Source of the DNA: Octopus vulgaris
Lineage: Eukaryota
Assembly (NCBI GenBank): GCA_951406725.2
Contig: OX597835.1
Coordinates: 50,344,001-50,408,000, forward strand
Length of the DNA: 64,000 nt
Reading direction: 5' to 3'
Shown here: one piece after another, positions 1-12,780 of the stretch
Layout: the number at the start of each line of letters is the position of its first letter
Numbering within the stretch: position 1 is the stretch's first letter
Notes under the pieces: generated by a model
The model's input: the letters and a program-made list of their open reading frames with translations, nothing else
What the model was told of the DNA's origin: nothing
Database searches by the model: none
Made by a program: the position numbers and the translations under genes

Positions 1-132
1 TTGAGGATCTCTATGTTCTTGCTGGACCTGTTATTGATCGTCCTTATGACCCAGTCAAAGAGAAATTGCATGAAAATGCAGCCAAACGTAAAATATTGGA
101 TGCATTTGAAAAATCCGCCATGAAAAATGTTG
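1..132 (+). CDS. VPS13: VPS13 family (A/C-like) protein, exon 1 in window (5' part lies outside the window)
   Basis: Frame from nt 3 reads EDLYVLAGPVIDRPYDPVKEKLHENAAKRKILDAFEKSAMKNV, resembling the chorein N-terminal domain. GTAAGT donor at 133, phase 1. Confidence 0.88.
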
Positions 133-707
133 GTAAGTGGCTGATAACTGTTTCCTGTTTTTAATGGTTCAGTCTTTCGATTGTGACACCCTCCTGTGGC
201 ACCACTTTCGAAAGATTTGAGCTGATTTTACTAATCCTAGAGTTTAGTCAAGTTCTTTGTTTTTGTTTATTTATATTTATTGAATGGTTTAGTCTACCTG
301 TGGTATAAAGGCATGTAACTTAATACTCAATTATCACAAAGTACTTTAAATTCATGCAAGCCCCTGAGTTAGACTGGCTGTTCCAGCTCATCTCCCTTGC
401 CATCCTCCAGGACAATGCTTTTTCCATTTTGTCTGCTGTACATTCCACTCCTTAATTTAAAGTTTCCCCGTATAAATTGTCCTGTTAAATTCTCATTTCT
501 GATATATCTCTTCTCATTAATTTATTCTAGCTTTGTTTGTAATTATCAGTTCAATTATTGTTCTTGAATGCCTTTGTCAATGGCTTGAAAAGTATACACA
601 ATCATATATGTGGCAGGTTTCTTTACAGTTTCCATCTGTCGAGTATCACTCACAAGGCATTAGCCATCCTGTATATGTGTGTGCGTGTGTGCGCACACTC
701 ACACAGT

Positions 708-1035
708 GAAGCCATGTGGCTTAGTGGTCAGGATATTTCAGCCCAATGATCATAAAGAAATGATTTCAATCCCTGGTGGTGTGTTGTGTCCTTGAGCAAG
801 ACATTTTATTTCATGTTGTTCCAGTCTCCACTCGGCTGGCAAAAATGAGTTGCAGCTGTGATTCAAAAGGGGCCAACCTTGTCATGTTTTGTGTCATGCT
901 GAATCTCCTTGAGAACCACGTTAAGGGTACACATGTCTGTGGAGTGCTCAGCTGCTTGTTCATTAATTTCATGATCAGGTTTATTATATTGATCAGACTG
1001 ACTGGAATATTCATTGTCATAACTGACAAGTGCCA
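708..1035 (+). mobile_element. tRNA-headed SINE (V/CORE-like domain); second copy at about 62695-63013 on the - strand
   Basis: A-box-like TGGCTTAGTGG head and GTGTCCTTGAGCAAGACA motif; body matches the reverse complement of 62695-63013. Confidence 0.65.
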
Positions 1036-2442
1036 CTTTTTTTTTTTCATCTTCCAGATTTTATTCATAAGGTAATCAGTTAACCTCTGGGAATTATAAA
1101 GGACATTTGTCTGATGTGCCATGCAATAGGATTGAACTCAGAACCACCCAACTATGCCTGCACCTTTGTTCAATTAGATTTCACTGAAAGCTAAAGCAAC
1201 TAGACATCAACAAACTCTCCTGTCTGTATTAAAAGAGCAATAAATCATTAAATTGAAAGCATTTAGAAACAGAACTTCAATTCATTTTAAGGAGCTGTAT
1301 ATGGTCACCACATCTGCTAGAAATAGCAGCTAAAAGTCCCTTGTATTATGCATCAAAATTTTAAATAAGCAAAGTACATATTAGACAATGTAGTCCTATA
1401 TATCCATAAAAGATGGGATGGGCACAGCTGGAATGCTTCTGATTATAAGTTTGCCTGAAAAGTGTAGTAGAAGACACTAGACCAGAGGACTACTCTGTAG
1501 GATTGGTTCTAGAATCACATGATTGTGAAGTTTACCTCTTAACCACACAGCTATTCAAATCAAAAGATTTGGGAAAACTCTTTGCTCCCTATGGATTATA
1601 ATCCATTATGACTTTGCTCCAATGTTCTTGATTTTGGGCAGAAGCGGGTTGGGGTCAGCTTTGCTGCTCCCTTGTGGATTTTGCTGCTTAATTAAAGCCT
1701 TCCTCCCACCAAGTTTTATTAGTTTTAAACTGTCTTTGATGCTTCTATAACTTGGTTTTTTTCGAGGTGTTGAGGTGTTGGCTCTACACAAACCTCTGAG
1801 AAGAGGTGATCCTTATTAGTACGGCCTCTATATTTTGACCTGTTCAGTTTGGGAGACCCTACTAGGAATGTGTACTCCACTGGAATAGCTTTCAGGGATA
1901 TTGAGACACGCAGAAGCCAACACATCACAACAAGCACTGGACCTTGTGATAGGTCTTAGTGTCTTACTATAGATTCATTCAAAACCCATGGCCTAAGGTA
2001 GTTAAAGGTACCCAACTGTATGTGGGTACCAATAAGTAAATACCCCAGAGGTGTCAATCCTTGTTCTCCAAGTGTTGCTGACCATTTGATTCTCTGTGAG
2101 AAGCTCTTTTGCTCTTAAGCAGGTTTTACCTCTAATCTAGATGGGTACTCACATACACTCCTAATCCACTAAACTGAATATGTATAGAAGAGGGGGCAGT
2201 TTAGTTATTAACCACCTAACTATGAGAAAGATTATATTAGATTATATGACATTACATGGTGGTTGATCAACTTGACTTACGATCACAGGCTCTCCAGCTG
2301 TGACCATTCCATTTTTTCTCTATGTTCAAGAAGAACCAACAGCCACATTATCCAACACATCTTATTCTAAGTCAATGGTGTGTCTGTGAAATTTGATTGA
2401 TATCTGGCTGCTATTTTTAGCAAGCTGGGTGACTATATAAAG

Positions 2443-2692
2443 CAGTGGTTCTCAACCATTTTTTTTGCCTCTGGCCCCCTTTGATTCCTATTTCACTATA
2501 CTGGATCCTTAAAGCCATTTGGTGTTTTTAAAAAATCCTATCTTTATACGTAAATAATATTAAGAATTGTATAAAAAAATTAAGATATTTTGTGTGTTGT
2601 TGAAGTGCAACCAATTTGTTGCAGATAAACTTTAATGACAAAATCTCATATGGACTTCCAAGGGTCATATGGACCCCAGTTGACAACCATTG
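2443..2692. mobile_element. hAT (Charlie-like) MITE of about 250 bp; other copies at 25657-25898, 45038-45288 and 52231-52497
   Basis: TIRs CAGTGGTTCTCAAC / GTTGAGAACCACTG; shared internal sequence; degenerate 8-bp TSDs (e.g. ctgtagag/ttgtagag at 45030 and 45289). Confidence 0.8.
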
Positions 2693-2724
2693 ATGTAGAG
2701 GCTTCTTCAACTTGTGGATCACAT

Positions 2725-2799
2725 GATACTAGTAGCAAGGTAGATACTGGTAGCAAGGTAGATACTAGTAGCAAGGTAGATACTAGTAGCAAGGTAGAT
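2725..2799 (+). repeat. 18-bp tandem repeat, 4 copies (GATACTAGTAGCAAGGTA)
   Basis: Direct reading; one substitution in copy 2. Confidence 0.95.
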
Positions 2800-2904
2800 C
2801 TGACATCTGACATCTTATACTTATTTCATTGAAAATAAATATTCATTTTTAAAGGTATGTTTTTATTAATTACTACTTATCTTTGAATTTTATTTTTTCT
2901 CTAG

Positions 2905-2972
2905 TTGGTGCTGTAGAAAAGGCTCCTGGATTTTTGGAAAAATTTACAACCTATGTTGTTAACAACATTCAA
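2905..2972 (+). CDS. VPS13: VPS13 exon 2
   Basis: Pyrimidine tract plus CTAG acceptor; (V)GAVEKAPGFLEKFTTYVVNNIQ; GTGAGT donor; phase 1 to 0. Confidence 0.9.
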
Positions 2973-3529
2973 GTGAGTTGCTGTTATTGGTACTAGGTCT
3001 CTTCTTTTTTTTTTTTCAACTTTTCTGGCCTATCTCTTTTTCTTTCTCCTTTCCTTTCTTCCTCTTTCTATTTCTTTCTCTTACTCTGTCCTTTTTCACG
3101 TATATTGCTACCCTCCTCCTTTTATTACCTTTTTACCTGTTTTGGTGATGGGTCCTTGATGTGGTTCAGGTTGCTATAGGGGCTTTGGAAACTCAAACAT
3201 AGGTCGGTCAGTTCAACCAGATCTCACAGATCTGAGGATTATGTCATGCTCTACTCTCTCAGTTTTGGCATGATTCCTGTAGTTGCATGCCCTTCCTTAC
3301 ATCCATTTAAAAAATGGGATGGTCATGGCTGGAATGCTCCTGATGACAGATTTATTTGAAGATTATGGTGGAAAGCACTAGCCCAAGCAGCTATACAGCA
3401 GAATTGAACTCAGAATGACATATATGGCAAGGGGGTTTTCTTCCCTGTACTCCAAGCCAGGTTGATCTTCTTTAGCTTACCCTTTGGGTACAACTCAGGG
3501 ACAGCCAAGACAGACAACTGCACTGATAG

Positions 3530-4135
3530 GGTCATGTGTTGCATATGGATGAGGACAACTGTGTGAAGAAGTGTTACACCCTAACAGTGGAGGAAACCTG
3601 TAGAAGAGGTAGACCCAGGAAGACATGGGATGAGGTAATGAAGCACAACCTTCAAACGTTGGGCCTCACAGAAGCAATGAGGAGTGACCGAGACCTTTGG
3701 TGATATGCTGCGCTTGAGAAAACCCGGCAAACCAAGTGAGATCATAGCCGTGACTGATGCCAGTGTCACATGACTCACCCATTTAAAAGTACCCTTCAAT
3801 TGTCAGGCAATATTCTGTGCTTGAGAAGACCTGTTGAGTCAAGTGAAATCGTAGTCATGGCCAATGCCAGTGCCACCTGACTGGCACCCGTGCTGGTGGC
3901 ATGTAAAAAGCACCATTCGAGCGTGGTTGATGCCAGTGCCACCTGACTGGCTCCCAGGCTGGTGGCACATAAAAAGCACCCACTACATTCTTGGAGTGGT
4001 TGGCGTTAGGAAGGGCATCCAGCTGTAGAAACCTTACCAGATCAGATTGGAGCCTGGTGCAGCCTCCTGGCTTGCCACTCCTCAGTCAACCCATGCCAGC
4101 ATGAAAAGCAGGCATTTAACGATGATAATCATGAT
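3530..4135 (+). mobile_element. RTE-clade LINE 3' end (ORF C-terminus plus 3' UTR)
   Basis: GHVLHMDEDNCVKKC...RGRPRKTWDEV, the RTE-type C-terminus, followed by a repeated GGTGGCACGTAAAAAGCACC unit and a (GAT)n-like tail. Confidence 0.75.
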
Positions 4136-5987
4136 GATCATCTCTTTCTTTCACTTTTTTCTTTTTTTATCTTTCTCTCTCTTCCTCACTCTCTCTCTCT
4201 CTCCTATTTTCTTCCTTCCTCTCCTACTGTATCTGCATTTTCATTTATGATAATAACCATTGTTGACACTGCCTTATCAACAATGATGTTAAATTTTCAC
4301 AATTATAGGTAATTAATACAAAAAAAAAACATTAGAATTTCCATTTTTATTTCATCAAAAATCCTTTTTTCTAATTTTTTGAAATGTAATTTAGTGTCTG
4401 TCAATGTAAATGTTGACCAAATAACCTGAATTTCTGAAATAAATTTTATCCAGACAAGAGATGGAAGCTAATGTCCTTCCTTCTCCTTCTTGTCATTGTT
4501 GTTGTTTTACAAGGCCAGGTCAACTCTGACTGAACAGATCTAAGATGAAATGCATTTCAAGAGTGACCACATTTAGGGCTACGTTACTTAATCGTTTCTC
4601 TTCTCCATTTTTTAAGATGGTGGAGTGTGATAAGAATGAACTTTTGCTGCTATTTCTAGCAGGTCATGTGACAGTGTAAGAAGAGGCTCTCTCAAAAATG
4701 TTTTCAAACAGTCCATTCACCGACTGAATCTAGGGCCCCCCCTCGTAAAGAACATTAGTCTTGTCCTTCAGCTCATGAGCACACTAGTGTAAATCTCTTC
4801 TTCATCGTCTCCACCACCATTGTTATTGCCATCATCGTCAACACCATAATTTTTACATCCACTTTGCCATGTTGGTATGTGGTGGGAGAGTCTTTCTTGT
4901 AGCAAAGTTTTACAGCTAGACACCCCTCCTAATACAAACCTTTTTAGTTGTTCTTTTCTTATTCTAAAAACCAGGATGACATCCTTTGTATTATGTATAC
5001 TGTTTACATTAGTCAGACTGGCATCCTTACCTTGATTATTGCTTTCACTTTTCAGTTGTGCATACTCCAGCCTTCTTCTTGTATTAACGCAAGATAACTG
5101 AATTAGACTGGAGTGTACAACAGTTGAAATGTAGTGAAAGCAACAATGAAGATGAGAACACCATCCTGAACTAATATGAACAGTAGACAGAATACAAATT
5201 CCCCAGGTCGGAAATAGATAATTGTCACATCATTTCCATATCCAATTTTATCCCCACTGAATGGGACTAATTACTAACTTTCCAATTCTAAAGAACCACA
5301 ATTAAACACTGTCTCTGCTGCAACTCATCAAAAATGTAGCCTGATTTCTGTCCCTGCTGGACTTGAAGTGCTTTCAGCAAAGTTCGCTTTGTTACCCATA
5401 TTCTAATTAGACCCCAGCTTCTTTCATTTCCAATATGATGCTTCATCATTTGACACCTGCAAAACTGTTTCATATTGGGCAGTGACAGTATCATTATCAT
5501 TAGTCTTGTAGTATCAACCAAGGTCAGATCTGATCGGAAGTGGGTGTGGCGGGTGCCAGATCAACCTATGATTTTGAGGTGGGGACATCTTTTCTCAGCT
5601 AGAAGTTAATGGTAGACACCCACCTTTTTTTTTATTATGGATCATTTCTTGTTCATTTATTTCATTTATGTTACATGTAAGTACTCCATGTACACTATAA
5701 GTGCATATATATCAATACAGAAATCATGTATTTAGCAGTGATTGTAATCACTAAAATATATACCATGTAGTTGGAAATGGCCTACATTTTACCTTTTGAC
5801 CTGAGCAGCTTTAACAGACCTTGCTATGGATACTTCCTCATCTTTGAGCAACTTATGAAAACTATTGATATGTCATGCTTTATAAACTCTACATGTAGTA
5901 TATATTCATATATTATGCCTATTTAATTGACATATGTATCTGACTATTAATACTAACTGTCCATTTTGTTTCTGTTTTTTTTTTCAG

Positions 5988-6146
5988 TTATCCATATCCA
6001 GTGTTCATTTTCGTTATGAAGACACGGTCACCAATGTGGATCGTCCATTTGCTTGTGGTTTTATGCTTAAAAATATCTCTGCTCAAAGCACCGATTCCCG
6101 TTGGCACCCAACAATTCTTGACAGCTCTGATACATTATTACACAAA
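5988..6146 (+). CDS. VPS13: VPS13 exon 3
   Basis: ttttcag acceptor; LSISSVHFRYEDTVTNVDRPFACGFMLKNISAQSTDSRWHPTILDSSDTLLHK contains the hallmark VPS13 (I/V)HxRYED motif; GTAAGT donor. Confidence 0.95.
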
Positions 6147-6672
6147 GTAAGTTGATTAACTTTCAAATTAAGAATAATCAATGCAGTTTTTAATAAAAAT
6201 TTATAAATCACCTTAGCTGCCATTACTTGCAAGTGAGTATGACCTAGGGGCAAGTACCATGCTTTTGCAAATTCTTTTCGGTGCCTGAGCAGATATAAAC
6301 ACACTCTCATTCTTCCCACTCCTTCACCCAGAGAAACATCAAAGACATGACAGTTGGAGAGAAAGAGAGAGAGTTGTACCAGTACAGCTGATTCTAATGT
6401 ATACCATAGTAAGATGAAATGAAGTACCTTGCTCAAGAACTCAACAGGCCTCTTGGTCAAAGAATCAAATCCATAGCCACTAGATCATGCGCCTTCACAA
6501 CAGGTCTTTTTCTTAAAGCTGTAAACAACCAAATTATAAATATCTCACCTATTATCACAACTGTTAGTTTAATACTTTACAGCTGTATGAGTTGTTGTCT
6601 GGCTTTCTATCTATGTATTTTTAAAATTATTTTGTCTGTCTGTCTGTTTCTTTATTTATCTATCTACCTATC

Positions 6673-6708
<36 letters not shown>

Positions 6709-7221
6709 CATGTGGTGGGCTCCTGGCACCAGATTTCCAAGGTTTTGAAAAGTGTGGAACCACCTCTAAGTCACTATTGTTTCCAGGTTTACTCTGATCT
6801 GGTGTAGTAACACCTGTCAAGTTCCCAGCTATTAGCATGTGAGCCACTAGGAGTGAAGGACTTCTAGTTCTTGCTAGAACTCCCTTCTAGAAGGTAAGCT
6901 TATATAAAAAAAAATTTTAAGGGCAGATGGTTTCTGGTCATCTCGTGTTATTCCACTGATTTTGTAGCTGGTTTCCCTGAAAAGTTGGTCCATTACTGTG
7001 CAACACTTTATCCACTAAAAAGCAAATTCATTCACAGGAACTTCTTTCTGCGAATGAATTTGGACTCTTGGAACATTTACACGAACTTTACTGAGTTTAA
7101 GAAATGGTCTTGGTCTTACTACAAGGTTGCCAAGCAAATTTCTCCATTAGAGGGCTATACGTCTGAAAATCTAATCACTAATATTCCTCTTTTCTTGTCT
7201 CTTCTCTGTTTTTTCTTACAG

Positions 7222-7314
7222 CTTGCCCAATTACAAGACCTTTCAGTGTATTGGAATCCCTACTTGCCTGAAAATCATCTTGTTCGATCACGACTAAACA
7301 CAGACGAGTGGAGA
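7222..7314 (+). CDS. VPS13: VPS13 exon 4
   Basis: ttacag acceptor; LAQLQDLSVYWNPYLPENHLVRSRLNTDEWR (conserved LSxYWN); GTGAGT donor. Confidence 0.93.
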
Positions 7315-8665
7315 GTGAGTAGCTTATGAGTCATTGCTTGTTTTCTACCATCACCATTGCTATTTGCCAGAGTTGCTGCCTGCTGCTGCTGCTGTTGATT
7401 TTATTATTGTTGTTTAACTTTGGTCAGTCTTGATTAAGGAAACCCAAAAATAATCTAGTCATCACCCAACTCCATCTTGTTTTCAAGTGCATCTAGGAAT
7501 ACATGATCTAATCTGTTTGTTGTCCACCTCTTTCAGATGATGCAATTACATGGTCATTTGAGAGAGAGTTGGCTGGTATTTCATGTATTTAGTCCTAAGT
7601 CAGTCAAAATCAAGTACATCTATGATCAAAGACAATCCAACTGTGATGACCTTAATTTTTTTTCCAGACCTATTATTTCTAGAACTACATTATCTAACAC
7701 AGGTGATTTCTTCTTGTTTAACATGTTAATCACCAGATGTACCACTGGTGGTTCATCACAAACTTCACACACCTGCCAGAATCACCACCAATGGTACATT
7801 TTAATAATTTGAGAAAATATTTTATTCTGTATTTTTGACATAGTTTTGAGGATAGTTAATTTCACAATTTCACAATTAAACTTTAATATTTAGCACTTGT
7901 ATTATTATACAAGTGCTAAATATTAAAGTTTAATTGTGAAATATTGTAAAAATGTCAAAAAATTATATTTCCTTGTAATTGAATAAGGACTGTGTAAAAT
8001 ATGTGATATCACTGTTAAGTGCCAATAACAGGCCATGACAGTTAACATGTTTGAGGGATATTTTGCTACTATTTCTATTATGTTACAACTAGGTTGAAAA
8101 GTGCTCTCTCTTTTTGGCTCGTTCTGCCAGGTTAGAAAGCTACAGTTTTCAATGCCTTCTTCCACCTACCATTCTTCTCATTCACGAAATTCCTTCAAGT
8201 TGGTATCATACTAAGAGCAAGACAAACCCTGAGGCAAAAATCAATTTGGTGAAGGAAAGTATTGAAAAAGAGAAAGATCTGTCATTTTGAAAGAGATTCA
8301 AAGAAATACTTTATGACATGTATGTGGAGAAGGGGAAGATGGTGACCTTGTAACATGGAGGATAACCCCAGGAGTGTCTACAAGGCAGCCTGCCTGCTTT
8401 GTGGAGATTGCTCTGGTCTAGAATTTCAACGTCTGCAAATAAGTCATATTTGAGCATGTTTTCTGCTTGATCAGCTGATATGACAACAAAGCAACCATCA
8501 CTACCACTACCATAATCACTGTAATGACCACCACCAGCATTGTCACCATTATCATAGCCATCACACCATTATCAATACCATCATCACTACCACCATCTCT
8601 ACCACCTTCACCACCATGATCAACACCATTAATAGCCATTACAGCTGCTGTTGTCGCTACTGCTG

Positions 8666-8696
<31 letters not shown>

Positions 8697-8779
8697 CAAA
8701 ACCACCACCACCATTACTACTAACTTTGTTTTTTTATTATTTATTGTTTGATACCATTTAAAAAAATGTTGCATTCCAG

Positions 8780-8837
8780 AATCTTCTCAAGTCATCCATT
8801 GATACACACAAAATATTTGAGGAAGATGCAGAGTTTA
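8780..8837 (+). CDS. VPS13: VPS13 exon 5
   Basis: ttccag acceptor; NLLKSSIDTHKIFEEDAEF; GTAAGT donor; phase 0 to 1 joins exon 6 in frame. Confidence 0.82.
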
Positions 8838-9019
8838 GTAAGTTTTATATTTTCCCTTAAATTCATGTTTCTAATTTATTCTGCTTGAAACATAGTGTAA
8901 AATTATGTCAATTTGCAATTCTTGAGGCAATTCTGCAGTTATTTTGGGAACAATAAAGTTATTGGAAGTCGACAGTAAACGATAAGAATAAAGAATTTCT
9001 TTTTCAAGTTACAGAATAG

Positions 9020-9440
9020 GTGTGGTAAGAAGTTAGCTTCCTAACCATATGATTTTTGGTTCAATCCCACTGCATGGCACCTTGGGAAAATGTCCTCTAC
9101 TATAGCCTTGGGCCAACCAAAGCCTTGGAAGTGAATTTGGCAGACAGAAAATGAAAGAAGCCCATTTTTTATGTGTGTGTGTGTGTTTGTGTGTGTATGC
9201 GTGTGTGCGTGCATGTATGTTTTTGTCTTTGTGTCAGTGTTTGTCTCCCCTACCACTGCTTGACACCCAGTGTTGGTGTGTTTACATCTCCATAACTTAA
9301 TGGTTTGACAAACGCAACCAATAGAATAAGCACCAGGCTTTAAAAAAAGTAAGTATTAAGACCGATCCATTTGTCTGAGATTCTTCAAGACACTGCCCCA
9401 GCATGGCTACAGTCTAATGATTAAAACAAATAAAAGATTA
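9020..9440 (+). mobile_element. tRNA-derived SINE with internal (TG)n/(TA)n; other copies at about 13600-13845 (+), 17290-17680 (-), 29650-30015 (-), 52625-53000 (+), 54250-54420 (-), 61700-61935 (+)
   Basis: GTGTGGTAAGAAG A-box-like and GGTTCAATCCC B-box-like head; shared body; AAAAGAT tail recurring across copies. Confidence 0.75.
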
Positions 9441-9876
9441 CATTTTTTAAAAGTTTTTGATTCTTGGAATAATACCATTCCATCCAAGTGGCATTGAAGA
9501 TGTAGTCTTATGAGGGAACATCTTTGAAATCTGTATTCTTTGTTATACTCTTGAAATTTCAACCTTGAGACTAGTTATTTAAAAAAAATTTTATATTTCA
9601 AAAAGTGAACAATTTTATGGAACAAAATTGGTGACATAATTCTGTTATGGTAGAACTGTTTTAGTAATACTTTCAGAAATCTTAATATGCTGAAATCTGT
9701 CCTTGCTTTTATATAAAATAAAGTGCATCTGGCTTGATTTGAATCCACAGTACCAATGAATGAAGTGCAGCAGCTGCACCGTTGAGTATTCTGTTATATG
9801 TATGTACACCCTCCACCACACACACACACACATTTTTTATTTGAAATATTTATCAATAGATTGTTTTATAAATTAA

Positions 9877-11431
9877 CTAGCATTATGACCCGTCATTGCC
9901 GGGTCATAGTACTTGTGCATGTATGTATGTGTATATATATGTGTACATATTACATGTACATCTATATATACACATCTACACATAAAATACAAAATACAAA
10001 GTTATATCTTGATATCGCTAGTGATAACAATACTCAAAATATATAACAGACTGGAATTGTAGGCCCGTCTCTTGCAATTTCAATCAATTGTATCTTGTCC
10101 TCCCTCTTGTATACAATCCAGCCTACCTCTACTTCTGGGGGGACATTTTTAATTTTTATCCGGGCCGTCCTACGTCCCAGATATAAAGGTAAAAATAAAA
10201 TATTTCCACTTTGTAAGGTTCGAGTTGAGTATTCCCTTGCACGCTCTGTTGACTCGAACCTTGCTTCTATTGTGGTGAATTTACCGCCTCTAGTTAGATA
10301 TCTTTCATAGTCGCACCAAGACACTTTTCGATGGTGCTTTCCTCCATGTGTTCAAATCTTCTTTTTTCTCTACATTGTATACTTTATAGACCATAGTCTT
10401 TTCTTTAATTTAATTTTTTATTTCGTTTGGTGGTGTTATCCTAGATTCACCATCTTTGTCGGTGATCAATCCGTATTTCTTCCATTGTAATTTCAATGAG
10501 TTTGCGCCCATCGACGGCTGCAGCGAAATTCATTTTTGGACTTTCTTCTATTGAAGGCATTCTAAGAAATATGCTTCCGTGTAAACGGTGAAAATATTGT
10601 CAATTTCCCCAAACAGGGACACAATTCAATTTTTAAACAATAACCAAAGCTCCTTCTCCCAAAGGGGGAGGGTTACAGTTTACAATTATTTAACAAATGC
10701 AACACAATAATGTTTCCTTTACGAGGAACCAACAAACGTGATAACAATAGTTAAACAGTAATAATAATAACAACAAACCTTATGATGAATCAGAAAGCAG
10801 TAAGTAGTTGAAGCTTTAGTCCTTTATGTATAAGAAATAAACCAACAGCAGTACTCTGTAGAAGCGGCTGTTCGAGAAAACAGATATTACATACAGCCAA
10901 ATTTCATATAGATACCTAATGTTAGCTAATTAGCAGATAATCTAATGTAAAAGCACAGCTCCATCTGGATTATTCCATTTCTGCACGCTAATTTTATTTT
11001 TAATTTATTCCCATTCATGTGAAACCACTTATTCAAGTTCAAGTCATTGATGCAATTTTATACCAATTGCTATTTTTACTTTTGTTATGTTACGATTACA
11101 TTATACTTTAGTTTGATTTTAATTATTACTTACTACATATAATTCAATTGTTATTATTATTTTTATTGTTAAAGTGAAAGTATCTGACATAAAATAGAGA
11201 AATGTTTTTGTTTCACTTTAACACGTAATACTGAAATAGTGGAGAAGATATGATATTGCTATGGGCTCGCTCTAGGCAAGAAGTTGAACATTTTTTTGCC
11301 CATGAAACTACATGGACCCTAAGTAAGGCATGTGTAAAATTTGAATGAAATTGGTTGCGTAGTTCTCAAGTTTTAGGGAAATACACAGACAGACAGACAG
11401 ACACACATTCTCAGTTTTATATATAGAGAGA
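9877..11431 (-). mobile_element. Non-autonomous Helitron (about 1.55 kb)
   Basis: On the - strand: A|TC... 5' end at 11431, subterminal (CTGT)n, perfect 9-bp hairpin TATGACCCG/CGGGTCATA at 9884-9908, ...CTAG|T 3' end at 9877, no TSD. Confidence 0.8.
10030..10560 (-). pseudogene. Decayed L1/Tx1-like ORF1 N-terminal fragment inside the Helitron
   Basis: MNFAAAV... followed, after frameshifts, by RYLTRGGKFTTIEARFES...LGRRTARIKIKNVPPEVEVGWIV; resembles a LINE ORF1 RRM region. Confidence 0.5.
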
Positions 11432-12191
11432 TACAAATAATATTGCATCTGTGACAGATTATGCCTTTGATTTCATTCCTTAAAGCATTACCCATATAGA
11501 TTTTGGCAGAATGACGTTACAAATAATAATGTTCCACCTGTTAACAGAGGCTGTTTCCTATTTTATTCCATTAGTTATCAGTTAATTGTTTTATGAATAA
11601 TATAAATGTTGTGTGTATGGCAGTTTATGTCTGGTTTTGTTCTATAGTCAAAGAGTTACATTTGTTGACTTGTAGCAGCAGACTATTATTAAAGATCAAA
11701 GCAGAAAGAGGATAAATCATCATCATCATCATCATCATCATTTAACATCTGTTTTTCCATGCTGGCATGGGTTGGATGGTTTGACCAGAGCTGCTAAAGC
11801 CAGGGGCCAGAACCAGGCTCCATTTTCTGTTCTGGCATGGTTTCTATGGCCGGATGCTCTTCCTAATGCCAACCACTCCACAGAGTGTATGAGAAGGTTT
11901 TTATGTGGCACCAGCACCATTTTATGTGACACCAGCATCAGTATCAATTCTGGTGTGGCAGATGGGTCTTTTCAGTTCAGCACATCACCAGATATCTCAG
12001 TTCTTTCTCATCTCCTTCAGAAGGTTCAGTGTCTAAAGTATTTGTTAAAGACAAATAATAAATACATAAAACAAAACAGATTCAGAATATTGTTGTAGTT
12101 GGGGATGGTCATATTGTTGACAATTAACCACACGCACTATATACTTGGTCTTCACTTCAGCTTTATTATTGTTATTATTATTATTATTATT

Positions 12192-12740
12192 GAGTGAGAG
12201 AGCAGTGAATGCTATTGATGTGACACTGGTGTAAAATATACGAAGCCCAGTATACCCATCATGACTATCCGTCTGATAAGGGTACACCAGGCACATGCAT
12301 CACAATCATATGTGCGCAACTTGGTGATCTCATATCAAGATAAACAGGTGGGGCCCAGTTAGAATTTTCTTCACGTCGAGTAGCCCATCCCGCTCAAAAG
12401 GTCCCTGAATAAGAATTGTTTAAGGATGTTGAACAAACCACCCATGTTTCCAAAGGTGAATTATCCAAACCTCTAAGAATTCCTTTCAACACACAGCTAT
12501 GATGCTCACCCACTACTTCTGCTTGTGATCAGAGATGCATATATCATCAGCCACTAAGGGACATGCTCAACTGGTTAAGGTTAAACAACTGACAAGCAAA
12601 TCTATGGTATAGAACAGAATATTTGCTTTAACCCTTTTAACCCTTGCTTTTATACCAAGACAAAACAATGTATATGATAACACTTCCAATCAGTTAAGAT
12701 CAGAAGCTATGAGGGCCACTGCCTGGTACTACATCAGGGC
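12192..12740 (-). mobile_element. About 550-bp non-coding interspersed repeat flanked by (TTA)n; 5'-truncated copy at about 16152-16594 (+)
   Basis: Two copies align; both end ...CTCTCTCACTCA followed by an (AAT)n tail. Confidence 0.7.
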
Positions 12741-12780
12741 AAGTTATTATTATTATTGTTATTATTATTATTATTATTAT

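Noticed and set aside
1830-1950. Possible RTE/BovB-like 5' UTR remnant on the - strand
   Set aside because: Too decayed to support from sequence alone.
2725-2799. Regular short repeats resembling a CRISPR array
   Set aside because: Head-to-tail 18-mers with no spacers, in a eukaryotic intron.
8418-8774. Low-complexity ORFs (poly-V, -I, -L, -Y, HT/CV repeats) here and throughout the ORF track
   Set aside because: Translations of microsatellites and SINEs, with no splice or homology support.
12670-12742. Faint resemblance to U2 snRNA (TAAGATCA, CCTGGTAC)
   Set aside because: Only short words match; no branch-point recognition sequence or Sm site in the right arrangement.
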